The position numbers and the translations under genes are program-made. This document shows, one piece after another, positions 53,688 through 64,000 of a stretch of DNA of 64,000 nt. The stretch is taken from assembly GCF_006345805.1 (NCBI RefSeq), contig NC_042999.1:28024001-28088000 (forward strand), in the 5' to 3' direction. How positions within the stretch are numbered: position 1 is the first letter of the stretch; every line of letters starts with the position of its first letter. The notes beneath the pieces are model-generated. The model did not search any database, had not been told where the DNA came from, and was given only the letters and a program-made list of their open reading frames with translations. This stretch comes from Octopus sinensis (taxonomy: Eukaryota).

Positions 53688-54089
53688 GAAAATACTATAT
53701 TATCTGATGGATTAAATCATCGGAGGGATAGTGAAAACAAAATATGTTCAGCTTAAATTAGCATTAGTTCTGCAGGTATTATTTTCTTTCATCTCACTGC
53801 ATGAACAGCTCAAATTTTAATTCATAAAACAATTAATAATTTTTTCCCCCTTAGTTTTATCCCATTACATTAATATTAATTATTGAACCTATGTTTTTCT
53901 AACATCACTAATGACTTTGGTCGATTACATTAGATGTTTTAACGTTCGCTCAATTACTAGGAAATGACAATCAATTTAGTATTAATAAATTTATTGTAGT
54001 CACCATAAAAAAAAATCTAACTAGAAATAATTATGTAATGAGGTTAATTCTAATAGCTAAATGGCTAATATTGTTTTAATAATTTCAGT

Positions 54090-54780
54090 AAGGCAAACCA
54101 GCAGAATCGTTAGCGCGCCGGACGAAATTCCACTAAGCATTTCGTCCGTCTTTACGTTCTCAGTCGAAATTCTGCTGTGGTCGACTTTGCCTTTCATCCT
54201 TCCGGGTTGATAAAATAAGGGAATAATTCGGTCTGAACGGTAGTTTTTAACATAATTTCTAGGTAACTAAAAAATTTTAAACTTCGTATACTGGTAGAAT
54301 GTGTTTATAAAACATCTTTTTCTCTTGGCTTTATTGAGAAAATTCTATGGTTTTTAAGATATTTGTTGTATTTTTCTTCAATTTCTGCAATTTCAACCAA
54401 TCAGTGACGTCTATTGAGTTAAAAAGCATTGTGTGCCGTATGAATATGTCTCTCGTTTAAGAAACAGATTGGGTTTATTTACATTTGTGAAGAAAAAAAG
54501 ATACCTTCCCCCCCACCCCTAACCCTAACTCTGACCCTAACCCTAACCCTAACCCTAACCCTAACCCTAACTAACCCTAACCCTAAAAGAGATTGAAATG
54601 CAATAGATCGATTCTAGGTTCATAATTATGGGCGACAATTTCATATGACACCGCTAGAAAAAAACTGCCGTTCAAACCGCAAAGATCCAAAATAAGTACC
54701 AATTGATCACTGCGGTCAATGTAATAGACCTAGCCCTCCTACGAAATTGTTGACCTTGAGCCAAAATATGAAAATAATAA
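54090..54780 (+). mobile_element. SINE family B interrupted by a DNA transposon
   Basis: Body ...tccgggttgataaaataag resumes as aaaataagtacc at 54689. Confidence 0.8.
54220..54688. mobile_element. 469-bp non-autonomous DNA transposon with 8-bp TSD and internal (CCCTAA)n
   Basis: TIR ggaataattcggtctgaacggtagtttt / aaaactgccgttcaaaccgcaaagatcc. TSD aaaataag (54212-19, 54689-96). Telomere-type repeat at ~54518-54585. Confidence 0.85.
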
Positions 54781-55377
54781 TTTCAACAAGTAGGGAAGAA
54801 AACTTCGCTTATGTTTACGGTTTATTAGTCTTCTTCCGAAAATCATAGACTTCGCTGTACTTGCCAGAGTGATAATGAATTACTATGTAGACGTGACTAA
54901 TTAGCATATTAGAATAAAAGAAAGATGAAAATACCCAGTTGAAGCTAATGACACTGAGACGCTGTTTGTGAGTAATTAACTTCAGTGATATATTCTTTAA
55001 AAAATAATGAAATGACCTTTGGCACAAATTGATATTATCGCTGATATGACTGCAGCCACTGAAAAATTCTTTTGAAATATTTCAGAGGAGGAAAATGAAT
55101 GTTAACTCCGTTTCTAATATATTGTTGGCTTGAAGTTGGTTGTTACCATTTTTGTTGGTTATGCTATTGTTGTTGTAGTTGGTTAGCTTTAATTTAGCTC
55201 AAATCTAATAGCAATGATGAAAAACATTCCAACCGTAACTATCCATCATATTTCAAATAATATATTGATTAAGAGAAAGGACATATTAACCAACGTGCCA
55301 TTCATTCCTCTTACAAAAAGATACTGTGTTATTTGAGGAACAGTTTACTGCTATCTTTAGCAGCTTCCGTGAACAAC

Positions 55378-55759
55378 GCAGGAGTGGCTGTGTGGTATGT
55401 AGCTTGCTTACCAACCTCATGGTTCCGGGTTCAGTCCCACTGCGTGGCACCTTGGGCAAGTGTCTTCTACTATAGCCTCGGGCTGACCAAAGCCTTGTGA
55501 GTGGATTTGGTAGACAGAAACTGAAAGAAGCCCGTCGTATATATGTATGTATGTGTGTGTGTGTGTGTTTGTGTTTGTCCCACCAACATCGCTTGACAAC
55601 CGATGCTGGTGTGTTTTCGTCCCCGTTACTTAGCGGTTCGGCAAAAGAGACCGATAGAATAAGTACTGGGCTTACAAAGAATAAGTCCTGGGGTCGATGT
55701 GTTCAGCTAAAGGCGGAGCTCCAGCATGGCCACAGTCAAATTACTGAAACAAGTAAAAG
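55378..55759 (+). mobile_element. SINE family A, full length
   Basis: gcaggagtggctgtgtggt...ggttccgggttcagtcccactgcgtggcaccttgggcaagtgtcttc...ctgaaacaagtaaaag. Confidence 0.9.
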
Positions 55760-55968
55760 CGTGTAACTAGAAACGTTACTGCATTTTTCTTGTTTGCATT
55801 GTTGCTGTTGTTGTCCTCGTTGTTCTGTCATCCACGATCATCTTTGATCGAACAAACATGAATTCAAAGCCATTCCAGTCTGGACCATCTTGCGCTTATT
55901 TTCTCACATAGAATATTATAAACTGCATTAGACACCGTTCCCTTGTTTTCTACAATTCATAAGATGAC

Positions 55969-56357
55969 TATATGGAAGCACTCCTTCGATTACGACGATG
56001 AGGGTTTCGGTTGATCCGAATCAACGGGACGGCCTGCTCGTGAAATTAACGTGTAAGTGGCTGAGCACTCCACAGACACGTGTACCCTTAACGTAGTTCT
56101 CGGGGATATTCAGCGTGACACAGAGAGTGACAAGGCCGGCCCTTTGAAATACAGGTACAACAGAAACAGGAAGTAAGAGTGAGAGAAAGTTGTGGTGAAA
56201 GAGTACAACAGGGATTACCACCATCCCCTGCCGGAGCCTCGTGGAGCTTTAGGCGTTTTTGCTCAATAAACACTCACAACGCCCGGTCTGGGAATCGAAA
56301 CCGCGATCCTATGACCGCGAGTCCGTTGCCCTAACCACTGGGCCATTGCGCCTCCAC
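55969..56357 (-). mobile_element. SINE family C, tail type 2
   Basis: Full head ggaggcgcaatggcccagtggttaggg. 12-bp TSD tcataagatgac (55957-68, 56358-69). Confidence 0.9.
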
Positions 56358-56901
56358 TCATAAGATGACAAAGTGTGACTGAAAGAAGAATTTACTGCTA
56401 CATCTAACGTTGTTGTTGGTTTTGTTGTTGAATCCTTTCATTCAATGGTTTTGTTGTGTTTAGGATCTGATATTTCTAATGTTACTATTGCTGAGCACCC
56501 GCCGAAATGAGTTTGATGAGAACTGCTGCATGTCCACTAACAATGTTGTGATGTCACTATTTAACGGACTTCGTGTTGTTGCTAATCCACCAGCCCTGTT
56601 GGTATGTCATTTAACCACCATTATTGAGATGTTGCTATTTCCCTGATGACGTTATGTTGCTATTCAAGTACCGTTGTTTTGTTGATATTATCTTGCTGCT
56701 GTTGTATAATCAAAATATCTAACTGCTTCTGATGAGGTACTATTTAACGGATGCGTTATTGCACTCTTATTGCTGTTGCTTTCCAATTGCCATTGTTACT
56801 GCAGTGGTACTGTTGTTGTTACTCAACTGCCACTGTTATTGCTGTCTTGCTGCAGTGGTTGCCTTTGCTTTTGTCGTCTAGCTATTGTTGTTATTACTGA
56901 A

Positions 56902-57132
56902 GGCGGCGAGCTGGCAGAGTCATTAGCACGTCGAGCGAAATGCGTAGCCGTATTACGTCTGCCGTTACGTTCTGAGTTCAAATTCCGCCGAGGTCGACTT
57001 TGCCTTTCATCCTTTCGGGGTCGATAAATTAAGTACCAGTTACGCACTGGGGTCGATGTAATTGACTTAATTCGTTTGTCTCTCCTTGTTTGTCCCCTCT
57101 ATGTTTAGCCCCTTGTGGGTAATAAAGAAACA
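56902..57132 (+). mobile_element. SINE family B, full length (central domain resembles the MetaSINE Meta domain, from memory)
   Basis: ggcggcgagctggcagag...gcctttcatcctttcggggtcgataaattaagtacc... 19-bp TSD tattgttgttattactgaa (56883-901, 57133-151). Confidence 0.9.
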
Positions 57133-57212
57133 TATTGTTGTTATTACTGAACTGTCTTTGACATTTTACTGTCCTGCTATTTTCGTGACTATTTAACTAC
57201 AATTTTGTTACG

Positions 57213-57590
57213 GTGGTTAGGGCAGCGGACTCGCGGTCATAGAATCGCGGTTTCGATTCCCAGACCGGGCGTTGTGAGTGTTTATTGAGCGAAAACACCT
57301 AAAAAGCTCCACGAGGCTCCGGCAGGGGATGGTGGTGATCCCTGCTGTACTCTTTCACCACAACTTTCTCTCACTCTTACTTCCTGTTTCTGTTGTACCT
57401 GTATTTCAAGGGGCCGGCCTTGTCACTCTTTGTGTCACGCTGAATATCCCCGAGAACTACGTTAAAGGTACACGTGTCTGTGGAGTGCTCAGCCACTTAC
57501 ACGTTAATTTCACGAGCAGGCTGTTCCGTTGATTCGGATCAACCGGTACCCTCATCGTCGTAACCGACGGAGTGCTTCCAAAATGAAAAC
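57213..57590 (+). mobile_element. SINE family C, tail type 2, 5'-truncated
   Basis: gtggttagggcagcggactcgcgg...cgtcgtaaccgacggagtgcttcca. Confidence 0.88.
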
Positions 57591-58280
57591 TGTCTTGCTG
57601 CTGTTATTGCTATTTAACTGCTGTTGTCGTTGCTGTCTTACTGATGTTACTTCTACTTAATTAGCATTGTATTGCTGCGTTGCTGTTATTATTTAGCTAC
57701 TATTTTAATGTTCACCATTTTGTTACTCACGTGTTTCATGTGATATCACTGTTGCTTGATATTTACTTTTCTCTGTTTTTTTTTTCCTCATTTCCATTAT
57801 TTTCCCTTTAATTAGACCTTCAGAAACGGAGTTGGGAGAGCTATATTATGTTTCTTTTTGCTCTTTTACATTCTGACTTAAAATCCTGCCGGGTCAAAGA
57901 TCAATTATCCTGCTCTTCGAAACATGTGAAGATTTGTGCTTACGTTTAAAAACCATGTCTAGTGAATAAAGGAGAGAATGTGTGGAGAAGGAGGAATACA
58001 CCGGATACTTGTAAGATTTACCTTACTAGGAAGGTCAAACTGTTTGGTACGCAGCAAGTATGTTTATAGGTTGTTGTTGACATAAATCCTATTGATTAAG
58101 TAAATCTGTGATCAAGGGAGCTCTAGTCATGAATATCCCCTAATTTTGGATTTCAGACATAGTGTATAGAGGACTACATTATTCCATATGTACTTATATT
58201 TTAAGAGGTTGTGTGTCATAGGAGGGGCAGTTTGCTGCTATTTCTAACAAGATGAGTTAGTATATAGCTCTGTTACAGGG

Positions 58281-58355
<75 letters not shown>

Positions 58356-58854
58356 GTAGCAATATTAGTGGTAGTAGTAAAGATGATTGTGGCAAAGTAC
58401 GACAGAAAAAAAGAGGGAGAGAGAAGTGTTAGCGACGTGAGGTAGGGGTTATGTAATAGTTATTACGTTGTTAAAAAGTTAGCTGCAGAAAGAGATATAG
58501 AGAAAGAGCTATAGAGAAAGAGAGTTAGAGACACAATGTTTAACAGAGGGCTGATGTTCTGGAGTGAAATGAAATGAAAATATTCTTCGTTGGCAAACAA
58601 CTTAGACCAAGCTTTGTTACAGAAAAGTATAGTGAGAACGGTGGTGATAGTAGTGATGGTTATGGTGGAGGTGGTGGTGGTGGCGGTGGCTGAGATGATG
58701 ATGATGGTGGTGGAGTAGGTGGCAGTGGTGAATAAATAGTGAAACGTGTAGTTTTTCTTTTATTGAACTATTTTTTTATATCGCCCATGATGCAGAATAT
58801 ACAAAACTTTTAGCAACCTAAAAAATTTCGTATTTAACGTGGAATTTCCTTGGG

Positions 58855-59765
58855 TACTGTTAGGAATTATATTACTGTTGTTGTTGTTCTCCAATACGTA
58901 AATCTCTGATTGTGTGTAATTATACCTCAGCTCTTGCCTACAACTCACAGGCAAAGGTATTGCACCCAGATTCAGATCTCAGGTGTTACATCGAAATTCT
59001 TTGAAATTGTTCCAAGTACACCAATGATAAAAAGGACAGTTTTGACTGTTTTTGATGTATTTACCGAACCTGGCCTACCAAATCCTGGTGTGGAAGCATT
59101 CCGTCGGTTACGACGATGAGGGTTCCGGTTGATCCGATCAACGGAACAGCCTGATCGTGAAATTAACGTGTAAGTGGCTGAGCACTCTACAGACACGTGT
59201 ACCCTTAACGTAGTTCTCGGGGATATTCAGCGTGACACAAAGAGTGACAAGGCCGGCCCTTTGAAATACAGGTACAACAGAAACAGGAAGTAAGAGTGAG
59301 AGAAAGTTGTGGTGAAAGAGTACAGCAGGGATCACCACCATCCCTGCCGGAGCCTCGTGGAGCTTTTAGGTGTTTTCGCTCATTAAACACTCACAACGCC
59401 CGGTCTGGGAATCGAAACCGCGATCCTACGACTGTGAGTCCGCTGCTCTAACAACTGGGCCATTGCACCTCCAACCAAATCCAGGTATTTGTCTACCTTC
59501 TCAATCTCGATGATTTCAGCAGCAGAAAAAGTGGTTGTCTATCGTAACCCATTCATGTGTATCTTCGTGCACAATTATGATATCGGAGTGATAATGTTCT
59601 CCACGTCTCTCTGTTAAGATGGTCATGTCCCGCATGTACCTCACTCTCTCCTCCTCAAACATAACTTGTAGAATGGAGTTACACCACTTATTCCTGCATG
59701 CAAGATCGTATTTCTTGCACAGTTCCCAGATCACTCTAAGAGAGATCTTGTCATGTCTACACTTA
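58855..59765 (-). mobile_element. Degenerate R4/Dong-like fragment split by a SINE
   Basis: MIWELCKKYDL...DMTILTERRGEHYHSDIIIV (59516-59734) continues as KTVLFIIGVLGTISKN (~58990-59050). Confidence 0.7.
59089..59475 (-). mobile_element. SINE family C, tail type 2
   Basis: Head ggaggtgcaatggcccagttg. Imperfect TSD accaaatcc(t/a)ggt. Confidence 0.88.
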
Positions 59766-59853
59766 TGTTGTTGTTGTTGTTGTTATTATTATTATTATTA
59801 TCATCATTATCATTACTATCATCATGATTATTATTATTATGATTATTATTATG

Positions 59854-59906
<53 letters not shown>

Positions 59907-59909
<3 letters not shown>

Positions 59910-60090
59910 CTTGATATGAGATATTGCGTATATTTTGCCCCAGTGTTGCAGCAGTGCATGACATCAAAGTAACACTGGGGCAAAATATACGAAATGCCGT
60001 TTATCCATCATGATTACCCGTCTGATAAGGTTACACTAGGCACATGCACCACAACCACGTGAGGGCGAATGGTAATCTCATATCAAGGTT
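59907..60090. repeat. Rearranged fragment of the ~520-bp repeat with nested inverted repeats
   Basis: Outer IR aaccttgatatgagat / atctcatatcaaggtt. Inner IR cgtatattttgccccagtgtt / aacactggggcaaaatatacg. Confidence 0.7.
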
Positions 60091-60195
60091 CTTCTTCTTC
60101 TTCTTCTTCTTCTTTTTCTTCTTCTTCTTCTTCTTCTTCTTCTTCTTCTTCTTCTTCTTCTTCTTCTTCTTCTTCTTCTTCTTCTTCTCATTATT

Positions 60196-60408
60196 AAGGC
60201 GGCAAGCAGGCAGAATCGTTAGCACACCGGGCGAAATGCTTAGCAGTATTTCGTCTGCAGCTACGGTCTGAGTTCAAATTCCACCGATTTCAACTTTGCC
60301 TTTCATCCTTCCGGGGTCAAAAAATTAAGTACTAGTTGAGCACTGGGGTCTATGTAATAGACTTGGCCCTTCCCCCGAAATTGCCAACCTTGGGTTAAAA
60401 TTTGAAAC

Positions 60409-60412
<4 letters not shown>
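60196..60412 (+). mobile_element. SINE family B
   Basis: aaggcggcaagcaggcagaatcgttagc...gcctttcatccttccggggtc...+ (ATT)n. Confidence 0.82.
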
Positions 60413-60460
<48 letters not shown>

Positions 60461-60467
60461 GTTATTG

Positions 60468-60501
<34 letters not shown>

Positions 60502-60517
60502 GCTGTTGTTGTTGTTG

Positions 60518-60732
60518 AAGGCGGCGAGGTGGCAGAATCGTTAGAACGCCGGGCGAAATGCTTAGTGCTCTTTCATCCGTCGCTACCTTTTAAGCTCAAA
60601 TTCCGCCGAGGTCGAATTTGCCTTTCATCCTTTCGGGGTCAATAAAGTAAGAACCATTTGAACACAGGAGTCGATGTAATCGACTCATCCCCTTCCCCCA
60701 AATTGTTGCCCTTGTGGCAAAATTTGAAACCT
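60518..60732 (+). mobile_element. SINE family B
   Basis: aaggcggcgaggtggcagaatcgttag...gcctttcatcctttcggggtc...aaaatttgaaacc. Confidence 0.82.
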
Positions 60733-61690
60733 TTATTATTATTGCTATTATTATTAGCTGTAGCAGCAGTAGTAGTAATAGTTGCTTAGTCAGAGGAGGA
60801 AATGTACCACCCACGATTGCTTTTCTCTGTCTCTTCGGTGGGAAGAAGAAAGGAAACTATCCTCAGTCTGGAGACCTGGTCTGAATATCTACAGCAAAGT
60901 GAAGTCTATGAAAGGAACACAACGGCCAGGTTATGGTGTTAAACCAGACTACGAAAGAAGTATGGCACTTAAATATGCTGCGTAAAAGGTTTATAACGTC
61001 CAGATTACGGTGTTAAAACCAGACTATGATGTTAAACCGGGCGACGGACTAAGTATAGTACTTTAGTGACCATCCAAGCTTTCGACATTGGTCGACTCCA
61101 GGCCACCGTAAAAGACAATTGTTGAAGGTGTCGCTCAGTGGTATTGAATCAGGAACCGTTTAGTTCTGAAGCGATCTCCTTAAGAACATAACCATGCCTG
61201 TTATTATTCTTGCTGCTCCTACTATTACTGCTTTCCAGTCTTTCAATTACCGTTTGTTTTGAACTGAAGTCTCTGTTACTATGGCCATTATTGATCTTTT
61301 TTCTCATTTCTTGTACAAAACTACCTGAAGCCATTCACTATAGTAAACATGACTAATTCTATGGATTGTGTTACAAGAAAAGTAAGTCGTTTCCAGGCTC
61401 GGTATTATGTTTTCTTTGCTAGATAGCTCAATATACTCTGTTTAAATTAGTTTATTATATTTTCAGCCTCAAGAGATTTACTTGCCTAGATATTTTCTTG
61501 TTTCTTCTTGTTTTTTTTCTTAAATAAGTATAAAGCAAAAATGAATTTTAGTTTTCTTCAGATGAGCTTACATTTCTGTAATTCCTGTTTTAGTAAACGA
61601 TGTATTTATACATACACAAACAAATTCCCAAATAAACACAAACATATATACAAACATACATGTATGTATATATATTATATACACAAGGTA

Positions 61691-61739
<49 letters not shown>

Positions 61740-62244
61740 CAAACACATAACCACCGCACATATATGTATATAAATGCGTATATACATACGTATACATATA
61801 CTCGCATACACAGATATGTGTATGTATATATAAGCATACAGAGTTACATACACACATATCCAAAATTATATATGATGTAGAGACAATGTGTGTGATGGTG
61901 AAGTCTTGGATTTAACAAATGTAAACATAGACGTTCTTCTGTGATGTGGCGGATAAAGCAACCGTTTTATAGTTGGTAGGGAAGCAGAAAATTTAAAAAA
62001 CCTCTAATCAATGGAGAGTTATGTTGTGGGAAAAAGCCTCCTCATACAAATCGAAGTTATGATACAAAGATTGCTTTTAATTTGATGTGAAAAATATTTA
62101 GAATGCTCGGAATTTACTGTAACTGGTAAGGTAATACTGAGAAAATAAACTCTAATCGTCCTTACATTTTGAAGAGAATAGCATGCAAATTTGAAAGAAG
62201 ATACAAAGAAAAGTGTCCCATAGTTATCAAATAAGGTTTCGATC

Positions 62245-62340
62245 AGTCGGAGGCCATAGTGGAAGACACTTGCCCAAGATACCCGAGCTGGACTGAACCC
62301 GAGACAATGTGGTTGGAAAACAAACTACTTACCACAGCTA
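62245..62340 (-). mobile_element. SINE family A 5' part
   Basis: ctgtggtaagtagtttg...gggttcagtcc...ttgggcaagtgtcttccactatggcctc. Confidence 0.7.
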
Positions 62341-62882
62341 CGTATGTATGTATGTATGTATGTATGTATGTATGTATGTATGTATGTATGTATGTATGTA
62401 TGTATGTATGTATGTATGCATGTATGCATGTATGTATGTATGTATGTATGTATGTATGTATGTTTGTATGTATGTATGTATGTATGTTTGTATGTTTGTT
62501 TGTATGTATGTATGTATGTATGTTTGTATGTATGTATGCATGTTTGTATGTATGTATGTATGTTAGTATGTTTGTATGTTTGCATGTATGTATGTATGTA
62601 TGTATGTATGTATGCATACATGTATGTATGCATACATGTATGTATGTATGTATGTATGTATGTATGTTTGTATGTATGTTTGTATGTATGTATGTTTGTA
62701 TGTATGTTTGTATGTATGTTTGTATGTATGCATGTTGTATGTATGTATGTATGTATGTTTGTATGTATGTAGGTATGTATGTTTGTATGTATGTATGTAT
62801 GTATGTTTGTATGTATGTATGTATGTATGTTTGTATGTATGTATGTATGTATGTATGTTTGTATGTATGTATGTATGTATTG
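62341..62882. repeat. (TATG)n microsatellite
   Basis: Directly visible. Confidence 0.95.
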
Positions 62883-63190
62883 TGATACACGATCCCTATT
62901 GATCGTTTCTTTCCATTATTTTCTCTTTCCGTTTTACGATCCCTTTTGATCGAAAACCTATCCCTTTTTTTTCTTTTTCTCACCAAAAAGAAAAGCTCTA
63001 CTTTGTAATCTGCCCAGTCTGTGTTCAGCCCTGTGTGGCTAATAAAGAAACACATCCATCTTCCTTTCATCAATTATAGGACTGTGGGGCTGTAACCGAG
63101 CTGTGACACCACCTAGATGAATATTTCCAAAGTCTCTAATCAATGGAGGATTAGGGTCAGGGAAAAGATTGTTGATAATCTCTTCGAATG

Positions 63191-63278
63191 CTCAACTTAC
63201 GACCAAACTCGTCTCAACTTACGACCAAACTAGTCTCAACTTACGACCAAACTCGTCTCAACTTATGACCAAACTTGT
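63191..63278 (+). repeat. Four tandem 22-bp units (ctcaacttacgaccaaactcgt)
   Basis: Units at 63191, 63213, 63235 and 63257, with no spacers. Confidence 0.9.
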
Positions 63279-63700
63279 CTTCTCAGTCGCTTAAGTTTAC
63301 ATGAATCAAAGTAATCTAATAGGAAATCTTTGCAAGCTGAAAGAAAATATATCTGTCAATCATGCAATACATACTGTTTTTATATTAGCAGTGTTTTTAT
63401 ATTTATATTTTGGAGTGCATTTAACTAAGAAGAGTCGATGACATAATAATTCTTGCAAAATCTGAATATCATCATAATTAGAAATAATGAATTTCTAAAT
63501 GTCTCAACGAGATATGAGCGGTGGTGGAGCGATAAAGTGGTTGTATAAAGTCAGCATAACGTGACAGTCCCGTAGAGGGAATTATACCACCACTATATAG
63601 CCCTATGAAGCATCGACGCTTCCTGTCAGCTTTGACAAATTTTCTGTGTCCTTATATTCGCAAAGGAAAGGCAAGCACCCCCACCAGCTAGGAACAGCAA

Positions 63701-63746
63701 CCTGAATACATGCATGTTTCTGGGTATTGTCCTTCATCAGTTCAGG
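63701..63746 (-). ncRNA. Type I hammerhead ribozyme motif (canonical core, palindromic stem III)
   Basis: CCTGAA CTGATGA AGGACAATACCCA GAA ACATGCATGT A TTCAGG. 6-bp stem I, 10-nt palindromic stem III, GTA triplet. Stem II is weak. Confidence 0.75.
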
Positions 63747-64000
63747 GTAGCGTGTCCTCGCTAGCGGTGATACCTACCAAGCCCTTGCGAATATATCTAT
63801 TTACAGTGAAATTTATTCACTGGTCACCGTAATCAGAAATAATGAATTTCTAAATGTCTAAACGAAAATCATCAGCTGGGCTAAAATATGAATTTCTCTC
63901 TGTTGATCATAAGTAAAGGGAATATTCATCATTGATATCATTCCAATCTCTCTGTGCATACATAAATAGACACAATGATAAATAATACATACATAGATAT

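Noticed and set aside
54518-54585. Chromosome end or telomere fusion site
   Set aside because: A short tract inside a TIR/TSD-bounded element.
57900-57932. GAAACATGTG hammerhead-like half
   Set aside because: No catalytic core upstream and G at the cleavage position.
63191-63278. CRISPR-like repeats
   Set aside because: No spacers, eukaryotic context and no cas genes.

Overview
Eukaryotic, AT-rich, microsatellite-dense genomic DNA. The SINE repertoire suggests an octopus or other cephalopod (inference). No intact host gene is recognisable. Clear features: a full-length autonomous-type Helitron (1250-7390, frameshifted Rep/PIF1 ORF), a complete Chapaev3-like DNA transposon with TIRs and TAA TSD (32092-34101), R4/Dong-like, RTE-like and Tc1/mariner fragments, several MITEs, and three or more tRNA-derived SINE families. 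The main unexpected signal, found by manual folding, is about 17 type I hammerhead-ribozyme motifs from about 9 unrelated sequence families, nearly all with a palindromic stem III. Five sit in head-to-head fold-back elements whose ribozymes face outward. The best case is a near-identical 488-bp tandem-plus-inverted array (8784-10941) with four canonical hammerheads, each having a 58-nt loop 2. It is a candidate retrozyme-like or Penelope-pLTR-derived circular-RNA element. All structures were folded by eye and no databases were searched. Coordinates of degenerate repeats are approximate.
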